Assembly: GCA_026004195.1 (NCBI GenBank) | Contig: BPIQ01000001.1 | Location: 653,871-717,870, forward strand | Direction of reading: 5' to 3' | DNA: 64,000 nucleotides | DNA from: Candidatus Binatia bacterium | GTDB taxonomy: Bacteria; Desulfobacterota; Binatia; HRBIN30; BPIQ01 | In this document: positions 9,276 to 19,249 of the stretch, in pieces | Position numbering within the stretch: the first letter of the stretch is position 1 | How the letters are laid out: the number at the start of each line of letters is the position of its first letter | Position numbers and translations under genes: made by a program | Notes under the pieces: model-generated | Seen by the model: the letters and a program-made list of their open reading frames with translations, nothing else | Database searches by the model: none | Told to the model about the DNA's origin: nothing

Positions 9276-10466
9276 ATGGACGAACTCGACCGCGCCTCGC
9301 TCGAACTACACCGCCAGCTCCACGGAAAGCTGGCCGTGGCGAGCAAGGTGCCCCTGCGCACACGTTACGACCTCGCCATCGCGTACACCCCGGGAGTGGC
9401 GCAGGTCTGTCTCGAGATCGCACGCGACCCCCGGTCGGTCCACACGCTCACGATCAAGCGGAACACGGTGGCCGTCGTCTCGGACGGTTCGGCCATCCTG
9501 GGCATCGGCAACCTCGGTGCCGCAGCGGCGATCCCGGTCATGGAGGGAAAGGCCGTCCTCTTCAAGGAATTCGCGGACATCGACGCCTTCCCGATCTGTC
9601 TCGACACGCAGGACCCGAAAGAGATCGTCTCGGTGGTCCGCTCCATCGCCCCGGTTTTCGGCGGCATCAACCTCGAGGACATCTCCGCTCCCCGCTGCTT
9701 CGAAATCGAGCGCGACCTCCAGGAAATCGGAATCCCGGTCTTCCACGACGACCAGCACGGGACGGCCATCGTCGTCCTCGCGGCCCTGCTCAACGCGCTG
9801 CGCGTCACGGGAAAGGACCTCCGGCGGTGCCGCATCGTCTTCAACGGTAGCGGAGCGTCGGCGCTGGCCTGCGCCAAGCTCATCCTCTCGTGCGGGGAGG
9901 CCGGGCATCTGCCGCCGGTCGGAGATCTCGTCCTCTGCGACTCGAAGGGTATCGTCCACCGGGGGCGGGACGACCTGAACCCCTACAAACGCGAGCTCGC
10001 GGAAAAAACGAACGTCGAGCAGAGGCAGGGTTCGCTCGCGACCGCACTCGAGGGAGCCGACGTGTTCATCGGCCTCTCGCAGGCCAACCTCGTCACGCCC
10101 GCGATGATCCAGAACATGAATCCCGACCCCATCGTGTTCGCCATGGCGAACCCGGTCCCGGAAATCATGCCGGAAGCGGCGCTCGCAGCCGGGGCGGCCG
10201 TGGTGGGCACCGGTCGCAGCGACTTTCCGAACCAGATCAACAACGTCCTCGCCTTCCCCGGCGTCTTCCGTGGTGCGCTCGACGCGGGTGCCACGGTCGT
10301 CAACGACGAGATGAAGCTCGAGGCGGCGCGAGCGCTCGCCGACTACGTCCTCGAACCGACGCCGGAGCGGGTCCTTCCGGATCCTCTGGACCGGGAGGTC
10401 GCCCGACACGTGGGGCGGGCCGTGGCGCGAGCCGCCCGCGCAAGCGGCGTATGCCGGATCGGCTGA
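9276..10466 (+). CDS. NAD(P)-dependent malic enzyme (short MaeB-type)
   Basis: MDELDRASLELHRQLHGKL...YTPGVA...FNGSGASALACAKL...NQINNVLAFPG, the malic-enzyme signature. Confidence 0.85.
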   Translation: MDELDRASLELHRQLHGKLAVASKVPLRTRYDLAIAYTPGVAQVCLEIARDPRSVHTLTIKRNTVAVVSDGSAILGIGNLGAAAAIPVMEGKAVLFKEFADIDAFPICLDTQDPKEIVSVVRSIAPVFGGINLEDISAPRCFEIERDLQEIGIPVFHDDQHGTAIVVLAALLNALRVTGKDLRRCRIVFNGSGASALACAKLILSCGEAGHLPPVGDLVLCDSKGIVHRGRDDLNPYKRELAEKTNVEQRQGSLATALEGADVFIGLSQANLVTPAMIQNMNPDPIVFAMANPVPEIMPEAALAAGAAVVGTGRSDFPNQINNVLAFPGVFRGALDAGATVVNDEMKLEAARALADYVLEPTPERVLPDPLDREVARHVGRAVARAARASGVCRIG

Positions 10467-11089
10467 GGCTCTCTCGGCTGGCTTTCGTCGTCCTTTGGGC
10501 GACCCTCGCCTCCGCTCAGGACGGCCCGCTGCGCGAATATTCCGTCGGGGGCGTTCGCAGCGGTCGTTCTGTGCGAGAGCCGGCCAGCTCGGTGCGAGAG
10601 GGCAGTGCCGGCCCGGTGCGCTCCGGTCCCGTACGTTTCTCGAGCTCGGGCTCGATGCGGTCGGGACCGCTCAGCGAGGCGAGCTCCGGGCCCGTGCGAG
10701 AACCGTTCTCGGAAGCTTCGGCCGGGGAACCCCCGGGCGTGGGATCGGCCGGATCGGTGAAAAAAGCGAGCCGGGAGCCGCCGAGGGCGCGGATCGGGCA
10801 GACCTTCGGTGATCTCGAGGAGCTCCAGGAGCTCTTGCGCGAGCGTGCCCGGGCGAGCGCCGGTGCGACAAAAGAGCAGGGAGTCGAACGGGAGCCGGTC
10901 GAGAACGAAGCCCCGGGCTCTCTCCGGGCCGCGGTGCCGGCGGTTCCGGACTTTCCTCCCGCCGAGGAGCCCTCGGCCGTGGAAGCTCGGTCGGCGGAGA
11001 TGCTCGTCGCCCCGCCCGAGAACACGCTTTCCCCCCGCGGCGTGGAGACGGGACGGGAAGAAGTGCCCGGGGAACTCTCGGCACCCTGA
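10451..11089 (+). CDS. secreted low-complexity repeat protein (hypothetical)
   Basis: In-frame ATG inside ORF 9890..11089 gives signal peptide MPDRLRLSRLAFVVLWATLASAQD, then degenerate S-G-P-V-R/SVRE repeats. It overlaps the malic-enzyme stop by 16 bp. Confidence 0.45.
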   Translation: MPDRLRLSRLAFVVLWATLASAQDGPLREYSVGGVRSGRSVREPASSVREGSAGPVRSGPVRFSSSGSMRSGPLSEASSGPVREPFSEASAGEPPGVGSAGSVKKASREPPRARIGQTFGDLEELQELLRERARASAGATKEQGVEREPVENEAPGSLRAAVPAVPDFPPAEEPSAVEARSAEMLVAPPENTLSPRGVETGREEVPGELSAP

Positions 11090-11104
11090 GGCGGGGAGAG
11101 CCGC

Positions 11105-12079
11105 TCAGCCCCGGATCGCGGGCCAGACCTTCTCTTCGAAAAGGCGCAAGCTCTCCCAGCCCCACTCCGGGGGCATACCGGCGAGCAGGGGATGCAGGAC
11201 CACGTGGTCCGTTTCCCTGGCGAGCTCGACGCACTCCTCGGGCCGGAGGATCCGGTAGACGCCGCTCCTCTGCACGTCCTCCACGGATTTCGCGTCCACG
11301 TAGACCGAAGACCGCTGGTCGGGCGTCTGCCAGTCGGCATACGAGCGCGCGTCGTAGAGTGCGTAGGGCCCGACTCGCTCCCATGCGGCGTCGGGGTCCT
11401 CCGCCACGTGGACGAATCCGGGACCCCGGGGCAGCATGACGAAGCCGCCCGAGAACCCCACCTTCCGGCACTCCTCCTCGTAGGTCGCCGCCAGCGAGGG
11501 ATCGCCGATCGCGGGGAAGAAACCGCAGCCGAGCCGCGCCGCACGCCGCGCGGCCGCGGGCGTGGAGCCGCCGACGAGCATCGGGGGAAGTTCGGGCGGT
11601 ACGGGAGTGACCCGAACCTTCCGCCCCTGCCACTCGACCGTCTCACCCCGAAGGCACGCTCGCAGAACGCGGAAGCAATCCTCGAAACGACGGGCGCGCT
11701 GGCTCCGGTCGAGCCCCGCCATTTCGAACTCCTCGGGTCTGTACCCGAGACCGAGGACGTAGCTCACGCGGCCACGCCCGAGAAGCTGGAGGACCGCCAT
11801 TTGCTCGGCCAGGCGCACGGGGTCGTGGAGCGGCAGGAGAAGCGCGGCCACGTTGACGCCGATCCGCTCCGTGGCTCCGAGGATCGCCGCAGCCATCGTG
11901 AGGGGAGCAGGCAGGTAGCCGTCGTCCACGCCGTGGTGTTCGGAGACGACCGCTGTCGGAATCCCGAGTCGGTCCGCCCACACGCACTGCTCGAGGCAGG
12001 TGCGGTAGAGGACTTCGTGGGATACCGGAGAAAACGGGGCCCGCCGCAGGTCGTAGCGGAGGACGACGACGGCCATCAC
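11105..12079 (-). CDS. LLM-class (luciferase-like) flavin-dependent oxidoreductase
   Basis: 324 aa with a luciferase-like TIM-barrel pattern. Its start overlaps the stop of the upstream alcohol dehydrogenase, so the two are translationally coupled. Confidence 0.75.
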   Translation of the reverse strand: MMAVVVLRYDLRRAPFSPVSHEVLYRTCLEQCVWADRLGIPTAVVSEHHGVDDGYLPAPLTMAAAILGATERIGVNVAALLLPLHDPVRLAEQMAVLQLLGRGRVSYVLGLGYRPEEFEMAGLDRSQRARRFEDCFRVLRACLRGETVEWQGRKVRVTPVPPELPPMLVGGSTPAAARRAARLGCGFFPAIGDPSLAATYEEECRKVGFSGGFVMLPRGPGFVHVAEDPDAAWERVGPYALYDARSYADWQTPDQRSSVYVDAKSVEDVQRSGVYRILRPEECVELARETDHVVLHPLLAGMPPEWGWESLRLFEEKVWPAIRG

Positions 12080-13170
12080 TCGTACACGATCACGCTACGA
12101 GCGACCTCTCCCTTTTCCATGATGTCGAACGCCACGTTGATGTCCCGCAGCGGCAGTTTCCGGCTCACCAGCTCGTCGAGCTTGAGCTTGCCCGCCATGT
12201 AGAGGTCGAGAATGCGCGGCATGTCGTAACGGAATCGAGGCGAACCGTAGTACGAACCCAGGACGGCCTTCTCTTCGAGCGGAAAGGACACCGCCGGAAA
12301 GCTGATCTGGTCGGTGAACGGAGGCACGCCGACGAGCACGAGCTTCCCGCCCCGGCGCACGCACTGGAAAGCCGTCTGGATGACGCTCGCGTTCCCGATG
12401 ACCTCGAAGACGTACTCCGCGCCTTTCCCGTCCGTGAGAGCCTTGACCTGCTCGACCGGGTCCTTTTCCTTCGCGTTCACCGTGTGCGTCGCGCCGAATT
12501 CCTGCGCCATGCGGAGTTTCTTCTCGACGAGATCGACCGCGACGATGCGCTCGGCACCGCAGAGAGCGGCCCCCTGGATGACGTTGAGCCCCACGCCTCC
12601 GCAGCCGAACACGGCGACGTGATCCCCGGGCTCGATCTTGGCCGTGTTGAGAGCCGCCCCCACGCCCGTCATGACGCCGCATCCCACCAGGCAGGCGCTC
12701 GTGAGCGGTACGTCCTTGCGAATGGGAACCACCGCCTCCTCCGGGACGATCGTGTGGGTCGCGAACGTACCCACCCAGTGTCGCATGTCCTGCCCCTTCA
12801 CCCGGAACCTCGTGGTTCCGTCGTACGACCCTCCCTGCACGATGGCCATGGCCGCCTTCTCGCAGAGGTGCGGGCGGCCCCGCCCGCAGTCCCGGCAACG
12901 GCCGCAACTGTAGAGCCAGGTGAGGATCACGTGGTCGCCTTCCTTGACGGAGTGGACGCCGGGACCGACGGCTTCCACCACGCCGGCACCCTCGTGCCCG
13001 ATGATCACGGGCGGCGGCATGGGAAGAATCCCCCGCTGGATGCTGAGGTCGCTGTGGCAGACACCGCTGGCCGCCATCCGGACGCGAACCTCGCCTTCGC
13101 GCGGCTCCTGGAGTTCGACGTCTTCCACCCGGAGCGGCTCGTTGAAGTTGTAGAGCACGGCTGCTTGCAT
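12076..13170 (-). CDS. zinc-dependent alcohol dehydrogenase (MDR family)
   Basis: Internal ATG of ORF 12076..13605 with RBS AAAGGGGGA. MQAAVLYNF...GVCHSDL...GHEGAG...VFGCGGVGL. Confidence 0.85.
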   Translation of the reverse strand: MQAAVLYNFNEPLRVEDVELQEPREGEVRVRMAASGVCHSDLSIQRGILPMPPPVIIGHEGAGVVEAVGPGVHSVKEGDHVILTWLYSCGRCRDCGRGRPHLCEKAAMAIVQGGSYDGTTRFRVKGQDMRHWVGTFATHTIVPEEAVVPIRKDVPLTSACLVGCGVMTGVGAALNTAKIEPGDHVAVFGCGGVGLNVIQGAALCGAERIVAVDLVEKKLRMAQEFGATHTVNAKEKDPVEQVKALTDGKGAEYVFEVIGNASVIQTAFQCVRRGGKLVLVGVPPFTDQISFPAVSFPLEEKAVLGSYYGSPRFRYDMPRILDLYMAGKLKLDELVSRKLPLRDINVAFDIMEKGEVARSVIVYE

Positions 13171-13255
13171 CGTGTTCTCCCCCTTTCTCGCTGTGCTCGG
13201 GCGACCCGAAAAAGGCGCGTGGATCGTAGTACCACCCTCTGCTAAAAGCAATGCG

Positions 13256-13975
13256 GTGTCGGTACGACAACTCGCAGGCCGCACGGCGGTCGTGACGGGC
13301 GCGAGCCGCGGCATCGGCCGGTCGTTGGCGCTCCTCCTCGCCTCCCGCGGGGCACGCGTCCTGGCCGTCGCGCGGAGCGAGCCCGAACTCGGCACCCTGC
13401 GCGAGGAAGCGCGGCGGCACGAAGGGGACGTCTTCCCCCTGCCGGGAAATCTCCGCGATCCGGCCTTCCTCGCACGGCTCCCCGCGGAAGCGAAGAGGGT
13501 CGTCGGGGACGTGGACATCCTCGTCAACAACGCCGGCTGGGCCCCCCGGCGGACCCCTTTCGACCGGCACCGCGAAGAGGACATTCGGGCGATGCTCGAG
13601 CTCAACCTCGAAGCGGCCGTGTTCCTGACCTTCTTCTTCCTGCCGGAAATGAAGCGCCGAAACCGCGGTTGGGTCCTGAACGTGGGGTCCGCCTTCGCGT
13701 TCGACCCGCGGCCCGGCGAGGCGGTCTACCTCGCGACGAAAGCCGCCCTCCACGTCTTCAGCCGCTGCCTCGCCCGCGAACTCGGCTCCCACGGCATCCG
13801 CGTCGGTGTTCTGGCTCCGGCTCACGTGGACACGGCACTGCTTCCGGCGAATCGGCGCGTGGACCGGGCCGCGTTCCTCCGACCGCGGGAAGTCGCCGAG
13901 GCTGCGCTACCCTTTTTCCTCGCCTCGGAACCCGAAGACGACGTCGAGATCCGGGTGGCGCGAGGCGACGGATGA
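13256..13975 (+). CDS. SDR-family oxidoreductase
   Basis: GTG chosen to give MSVRQLAGRTAVVTGASRGIG. Catalytic YxxxK region present. Start is uncertain. Confidence 0.7.
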   Translation: MSVRQLAGRTAVVTGASRGIGRSLALLLASRGARVLAVARSEPELGTLREEARRHEGDVFPLPGNLRDPAFLARLPAEAKRVVGDVDILVNNAGWAPRRTPFDRHREEDIRAMLELNLEAAVFLTFFFLPEMKRRNRGWVLNVGSAFAFDPRPGEAVYLATKAALHVFSRCLARELGSHGIRVGVLAPAHVDTALLPANRRVDRAAFLRPREVAEAALPFFLASEPEDDVEIRVARGDG

Positions 13976-14700
13976 AACTGTCCGGACGAACCGCGCTGGT
14001 CACCGGAGGCGCGCGTCGACTCGGGCGCGAGATCGTTCTCGGCCTCGCCCGGGAGGGTGCCGATGTCGCGTTGAGCTACCTTCGGTCCGAATCCGAGGCG
14101 AGGGAAACGGAAACGCTCGTGCGCTCGCTCGGTCGGCGTTCCCTCTCGCTGCGCTGCGACGTGCGCGACCCGGACGAGGTGGGCGATCTCGTCGCTCGCG
14201 TATGGCGAGAACTCGGGGCTCTCGACATCCTCGTCGTGAACGCCGCCGTCTTCCGCCGCACGCCCATCGAGAGCACGACCGAGGAAGATTGGAGAGAACA
14301 GTTCGAGGTCAACGCCGCGGGAGCGTTTCGATGTGCGCGAGAGGTCGGACTGCGAATGCGAGAGCGGGGCGGCGCCATCGTGTTTCTGGCCGACGTGGCG
14401 GGCCTGCGGCCCTGGCGTGACTTCGTCCCCTACTCCGCGAGCAAGGCCGCCGTGATCTCGCTCACGAGGGGCCTCGCCCTGGCCCTGGCCCCGAACGTCC
14501 GGGTCAACGCGGTCGCTCCGGGGCCCATCCTCCCGGCCGAGAATCTTTCCGACGACGACTTCCGGAAGGCGGCCGAGGCCACGCTGCTCCGGCGGGCGGG
14601 AACCCCACGAGACATCGCCGAAGCGGTCTCTTTTCTCGCCGCTGCACCCTACGTCACCGGAGTCGTTCTTCCCGTCGATGGGGGGCGTCACCTTCGCTGA
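13972..14700 (+). CDS. SDR-family oxidoreductase
   Basis: MKLSGRTALVTGGARRLG... Its ATG overlaps the upstream SDR stop (ATGA). Confidence 0.8.
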   Translation: MKLSGRTALVTGGARRLGREIVLGLAREGADVALSYLRSESEARETETLVRSLGRRSLSLRCDVRDPDEVGDLVARVWRELGALDILVVNAAVFRRTPIESTTEEDWREQFEVNAAGAFRCAREVGLRMRERGGAIVFLADVAGLRPWRDFVPYSASKAAVISLTRGLALALAPNVRVNAVAPGPILPAENLSDDDFRKAAEATLLRRAGTPRDIAEAVSFLAAAPYVTGVVLPVDGGRHLR

Positions 14701-15250
14701 GAACGAACTCTGGCACGCGGTCTTCGGGAACTCGAACCCGGTCGAGGTGGAGATCGGGCCCGAGCGCGGGACCTTCCTGCTGGCGGCGGCCGCGGCCCGT
14801 CCCGACCGCAACTACGTCGGGATCGAGCGATCGGCCTCTCGGGTCCGGAGAATCGAGAGCCGTCTCGAGCGCGAACCACGACCCAACGTGCGCGTCGTGC
14901 AGGGCGACGCCTTCTTCGTCCTCGAACACTGTATCCCACCCGAGTCGGTCTCGGCTTTCCACCTCTACTTCCCCGACCCGTGGTGGAAACGCCGACACCA
15001 CCGGAGACGGGTCACGACGCCCCGCTTCGCGTCTCTTCTCGTCCGCGCGCTTCGGAGCGGGGGGACCGTCCACTTCGCGACCGACGTCGAGGAAACTTTC
15101 CGGCTCGGTTGCACGAGCTTCGAGGCCACCGGACGACTCGAGCGGGTCTCCGACCGCTGTCCCCGTCCCGTGGTGACGGCCTACGAACGAAAAGCCCTCG
15201 CCCGGGGCCGGCCGATTTTCGAGGCGACGTACCGGAAAAAAGAGGCGTGA
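14678..15250 (+). CDS. trmB: tRNA (guanine46-N7)-methyltransferase
   Basis: VEVEIGPERGTFLL...FPDPWWKRRHHRRR motifs. Confidence 0.8.
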   Translation: MGGVTFAENELWHAVFGNSNPVEVEIGPERGTFLLAAAAARPDRNYVGIERSASRVRRIESRLEREPRPNVRVVQGDAFFVLEHCIPPESVSAFHLYFPDPWWKRRHHRRRVTTPRFASLLVRALRSGGTVHFATDVEETFRLGCTSFEATGRLERVSDRCPRPVVTAYERKALARGRPIFEATYRKKEA

Positions 15251-15254
15251 AGCC

Positions 15255-15935
15255 CTACCTCGCGTGGGGGTAGTGTCGTGCCAGGCGCTCCGGGGGAACG
15301 CCGGCGTAGAAAAGCAACCGGAGCGTCCACATCCTCACGATGGTCCGGAGCACCCCCTGGGTCCGCCACCGCCGCGACGACGTCACGACCTTCGCTCGAA
15401 GGCAGGCGATGCGCCCCGCCCTCTTCATCGCCCGGGAAAGGGCCAGGTCTTCCATCAGAGGCCATTCGGGGTAGCCCCCCAGTGCCTCGAAAACGGAGCG
15501 GCGAACGAAGAGAGCCTGGTCGCCCGTAGCGACCCGGGTCGCCCGGGAACGAAGGTTGATGAGGGTCGCGGTGAGCGCGAGGAGCGGACTCGAGGGCTCG
15601 AGCCTGAGGTCGAACCGTCCTCCGCACACCCTCTCGTCCGCCAGAGCCGAAAAAACCGCTTCGGGATACCGTGGGGGAAGGCGTGTGTCGGCGTGAAGGA
15701 AGAGGAGGACGTCTCCGCGTGCGACCCGGGCACCGGCGTTCATCTGTACGGCACGGCCCCGCGGGGAGAAGAGGACCCGGTCGGCCAGCGGCGCCGCCCG
15801 CTCCACGGTCCGGTCGTGGCTTCCCCCGTCGACCACGAGGATCTCGGCCACGCCGGGCTGGCGTGCGCTCCGGAGCGTTTCCTCGATCACCGCTTCCTCG
15901 TCGAGAGTGGGCACGATCACGGACAGCCGCGACAT
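15255..15935 (-). CDS. family-2 glycosyltransferase (TIGR04283-like)
   Basis: Internal ATG gives MSRLSVIVPTLDEE...ILVVDGGSHD. Confidence 0.75.
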   Translation of the reverse strand: MSRLSVIVPTLDEEAVIEETLRSARQPGVAEILVVDGGSHDRTVERAAPLADRVLFSPRGRAVQMNAGARVARGDVLLFLHADTRLPPRYPEAVFSALADERVCGGRFDLRLEPSSPLLALTATLINLRSRATRVATGDQALFVRRSVFEALGGYPEWPLMEDLALSRAMKRAGRIACLRAKVVTSSRRWRTQGVLRTIVRMWTLRLLFYAGVPPERLARHYPHAR

Positions 15936-16008
15936 GGCGATTAGCGCTCCCCGGTCACGACGCCTTTTCGTTTCCACGCACGTTCGATCTTTGCTCTCCG
16001 GCCGCACG

Positions 16009-16746
16009 ATGGTAAAACACCCTCTCGCCGTGAAGAGGTTCCTCTTCGCCCTGGCCGTTTTCCTCGCCGCCCTCGGGGCGAGATCGGTCCGGGCTCAGGA
16101 CACCGCCCGAGCCGCCTCCGAGGACCGTGCGCGCGTCCTCGCGCGCGAAGCGGTCGAATCTTTCCGGGAAGGCGAAGCCGCAGGGGCGGCGGAGGACAAG
16201 CTGCGGGCTTACCGAAAGGGCGAGGAACTGGCGGAAAAGGCGGTGAAGCTCGACCCCGCGAGCGCCGAGGCGCACTGGGCGCTTTTTGCCAACCGGGGCC
16301 GCCGCCTTCTCTCCGAGGGCGCGACGCCGAACCCGTTCGCGCTGCGCCGTCTCCAGAAAGAGCTCGAACAGTGCCTGGCACTCGATCCCCGGCACTACGA
16401 CGCGCTGGTGGCGCGCGGCGGCCTCTACCGGCAGCTCCCGTGGCTCCTCGGGGGCAACCTGAAGAAAGCCGAGAAAACGCTCCGCCGGGCCGTCGCCATC
16501 AACCCGGAGGCCGTGGGGGGGAGGCTCGAGCTCGCCCGGACGTACATCGACATGGGGAACCGGCGCCGCGCGGTCGAAGTCCTCGAAGAGGCTCTTTTCT
16601 GGGCGGAACGGTTGGGACGCCCCAAGGAAACGGCCGAGGCGCGAGCCTTGCTGTACGAAGTCCTGGGCGAGGAGGCCCGGGACCTCGTCCCGCCCGAGTG
16701 CCCGGCCGCGCCGCAGCCGGTCAGTTCCCTCGCCCGAACGTTCTGA
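16009..16746 (+). CDS. secreted TPR-repeat protein
   Basis: Signal peptide MVKHPLAVKRFLFALAVFLAALGARSVRAQ, then TPR-like helical repeats. Confidence 0.65.
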   Translation: MVKHPLAVKRFLFALAVFLAALGARSVRAQDTARAASEDRARVLAREAVESFREGEAAGAAEDKLRAYRKGEELAEKAVKLDPASAEAHWALFANRGRRLLSEGATPNPFALRRLQKELEQCLALDPRHYDALVARGGLYRQLPWLLGGNLKKAEKTLRRAVAINPEAVGGRLELARTYIDMGNRRRAVEVLEEALFWAERLGRPKETAEARALLYEVLGEEARDLVPPECPAAPQPVSSLARTF

Positions 16747-17056
16747 GGTAGGAAAGGAGGTTGTCGATGTCCTCTTCGCTCAAGGAGGGAGCGAAGGGCA
16801 TCATGGCCGTACCTTGCCTTCCGTTCCGGATGGCGTCTTTCATCTTCGCGACGTCGGCCCGCGCCCAGTAGTCCGGATCCGCGAAATTCGTGGGGGGTGG
16901 CTCCAGGAGGCGGCCGGCAGGGCCGTCCCCTCGCCCGCTCTCCCCGTGACAATACGCGCACCGCTTCGCGTAGATCTCCTTGCCCGCTTCCGGGTCGGCT
17001 GCATGGCTCGCCGAAGCCAGCAGCGCGAAAACGAGTGCCCAGAGGCCGCGGCGCAT
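16721..17056 (-). CDS. class I c-type cytochrome (mono-heme)
   Basis: Signal peptide plus CAYCHG heme-binding motif and a distal Met region. 111 aa. It overlaps the TPR gene 3' end by 26 bp on the opposite strand. Confidence 0.8.
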   Translation of the reverse strand: MRRGLWALVFALLASASHAADPEAGKEIYAKRCAYCHGESGRGDGPAGRLLEPPPTNFADPDYWARADVAKMKDAIRNGRQGTAMMPFAPSLSEEDIDNLLSYLRTFGRGN

Positions 17057-17148
17057 GCTCCTTTTCCGTTCGGGCTCCTTTTTTGCTCCCGTGTCCCGCT
17101 CCGCCGCAATCCCCCGGGGGCGGATTGCGCGCCGCGAGGGCCCGTACT

Positions 17149-17622
17149 ATGCCTCGTCGGGACATGAAACGGCGAGACCAGATCCGGCTCACGCCGGAAG
17201 AACAGAGAGAATTCCTCGAGACCCAGCAAACCATCGTCCTCTGCACGATCGACCCGAGAGGATACCCGCACGCCGTGGCCATGTGGTACTGCGTCGAGGA
17301 CGGTGCGGTGCTGATGACCACGTACGCGAAATCCCAGAAGGTGATGAACATCCGCCGCGACCCGAAGGTGGCTCTCCTCGTGGAGTCGGGCCGGACCTAC
17401 GACACCCTGAAGGGCCTCATGATCCGCGGCCGGGCCGAAATCCTCGAGGATCTCGACCTCTGCGTGCGAGTCCTGACGAAGATCCACGAAAAGGGCGGCG
17501 GATCGGTGCCCCCCGGCGTGGAGGAAGCCATGCGCGAGCGGGCCCGCAAGCGCGTGGTGCTGCGGGTGCGCCCGGAGCGGGTCGCGAGTTGGGACCACTC
17601 CAAGCTGGGCGGTACCTACTGA
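17149..17622 (+). CDS. PPOX-class (pyridoxamine 5'-phosphate oxidase-like, possibly F420-dependent) protein
   Basis: In-frame ATG in ORF 16897..17622. Split-barrel FMN-binding-like sequence LCTIDPRGYPHAVAMWY. Confidence 0.65.
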   Translation: MPRRDMKRRDQIRLTPEEQREFLETQQTIVLCTIDPRGYPHAVAMWYCVEDGAVLMTTYAKSQKVMNIRRDPKVALLVESGRTYDTLKGLMIRGRAEILEDLDLCVRVLTKIHEKGGGSVPPGVEEAMRERARKRVVLRVRPERVASWDHSKLGGTY

Positions 17623-17649
17623 ACCCTCGCACGCCGAACACCCGAACCC

Positions 17650-19245
17650 TCACATGCGGAACACGCCGACCCTCGGTTCGGGGATCGGCGCATAGCGCGT
17701 CGCCGCCAGGGCGAGACCCAGGACGTCGCGGGTTTCGGCCGGGTCCAGGATGCCGTCGTCCCAGATCCTCGCCGTCGAGTAGTAGGCGTTCGACTCCGCC
17801 TCGTACTGGGCGAGGATGGGCTCGACGAACCGCCGCTTTTCTTCTTCCGTCATCCTCGCCCCCTGCTCTTCCTTGACCACGAGCAAGGTCTGCGCGGCCT
17901 GCTCCCCGCCCATGACCGAAATGCGCGCGTTCGGCCAGAGAAAGAGAAAGCGCGGTCCGTACGCCCGCCCGCACATGCTGTAGTTGCCCGCGCCGTGCGA
18001 CGCACCGACGATGACGGTGAACTTGGGAACCTGCGCGTTGGCGACCGCGTGCACCATCTTGGAGCCGTCTTTCGTGATCCCACCGTGCTCGTAGCGCTTG
18101 CCGACCATGAAGCCGGTGATGTTCTGGAGAAAGACGAGCGGGATGCGGCGCTGGCAGCAAAGCTCGACGAAGTGCGTTCCTTTCAGGCTGCTTTCCGAGA
18201 AGAGAACCCCGTTGTTCGCCACGATGCCGACGAGATAACCGTGGATCCGGGCGAAGCCGGTCACGAGCGTCGTCCCGTACAGCGCCTTGAACTCGTGGAA
18301 GCGGCTTCCGTCGACGACTCTCGCGATCACCTCCCGTACGTCGAAAGGTTTCCGGGGGTCGCTCGGAACGATGCCGTAGAGTTCCTCGGGGTCGTACGCG
18401 GGAGGTTCGGGCGAGGCGTCGGGCCGGAGCACGGGCTCGGGCGGGGGGAGGTTGCCCAGGGCTTCCCGGGCGAGAAGGAGAGCGTGCTCGTCGTCCCTGG
18501 CGAGGTGGTCGCACACGCCGGAAATCCGGGTGTGCACGTCGCCTCCGCCGAGTTCCTCGGCACTCACGACTTCGCCGGTGGCCGCCCGGACGAGGGGCGG
18601 TCCGCCCAGAAACACGGTGCCCTGCCGCTCGACGATGATGTTCTCGTCGCACATCGCGGGCACGTAGGCACCCCCGGCCGTGCTCGAGCCCATCACGACG
18701 GCGACCTGCGGGATGCCCATCGCGGACATGACGGCCTGGTTGTAGAAAATCCTTCCGCCGTGGTTCTCGTCGGGAAAGATCTCGGCCTGGAGCGGCAAGT
18801 AGGCGCCGCCCGAGTCGACGAGGTAGACGCAGGGGAGCCGGTTTTCCATCGCGATCTTCTGCGCCCGGAGCTGTTTTTTCACCGTCACGGGGAACATCGT
18901 GCCCCCTTTCACCGTCGCGTCGTTCGCGAGCACGACCACCTCCCGCCCCGCGACACGGCCGATCCCCGTGACGAGCCCCGCCGCAGGAACGTCGAACCCG
19001 TACATACCCCAGGCCGCCAGCGGCGAGAGTTCGAGAAACGCGGTATCGGGATCCAGAAGCCTCTCGATGCGGTCCCGTACGAGAAGTTTTCCCCGGCTCA
19101 CGTGGCGCCTGCGCGCCTCTTCGGGGCCCATGGCACGAACCTGCTCGAGCCGGCGGCGCAGCTCCGCCACCCGCTCGGCCATGACCCTGCGGTTTTCTTC
19201 GAACTCCGCGCTTCCCGGGCGCACGCGCGTCTCGAGCCGCAACAC
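17650..19245 (-). CDS. methylcrotonyl-CoA/propionyl-CoA carboxylase carboxyltransferase (β) subunit
   Basis: 531 aa with two crotonase-fold carboxyltransferase halves ([15 protein letters not shown]). Confidence 0.9.
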   Translation of the reverse strand: MLRLETRVRPGSAEFEENRRVMAERVAELRRRLEQVRAMGPEEARRRHVSRGKLLVRDRIERLLDPDTAFLELSPLAAWGMYGFDVPAAGLVTGIGRVAGREVVVLANDATVKGGTMFPVTVKKQLRAQKIAMENRLPCVYLVDSGGAYLPLQAEIFPDENHGGRIFYNQAVMSAMGIPQVAVVMGSSTAGGAYVPAMCDENIIVERQGTVFLGGPPLVRAATGEVVSAEELGGGDVHTRISGVCDHLARDDEHALLLAREALGNLPPPEPVLRPDASPEPPAYDPEELYGIVPSDPRKPFDVREVIARVVDGSRFHEFKALYGTTLVTGFARIHGYLVGIVANNGVLFSESSLKGTHFVELCCQRRIPLVFLQNITGFMVGKRYEHGGITKDGSKMVHAVANAQVPKFTVIVGASHGAGNYSMCGRAYGPRFLFLWPNARISVMGGEQAAQTLLVVKEEQGARMTEEEKRRFVEPILAQYEAESNAYYSTARIWDDGILDPAETRDVLGLALAATRYAPIPEPRVGVFRM

Positions 19246-19249
19246 GGCG

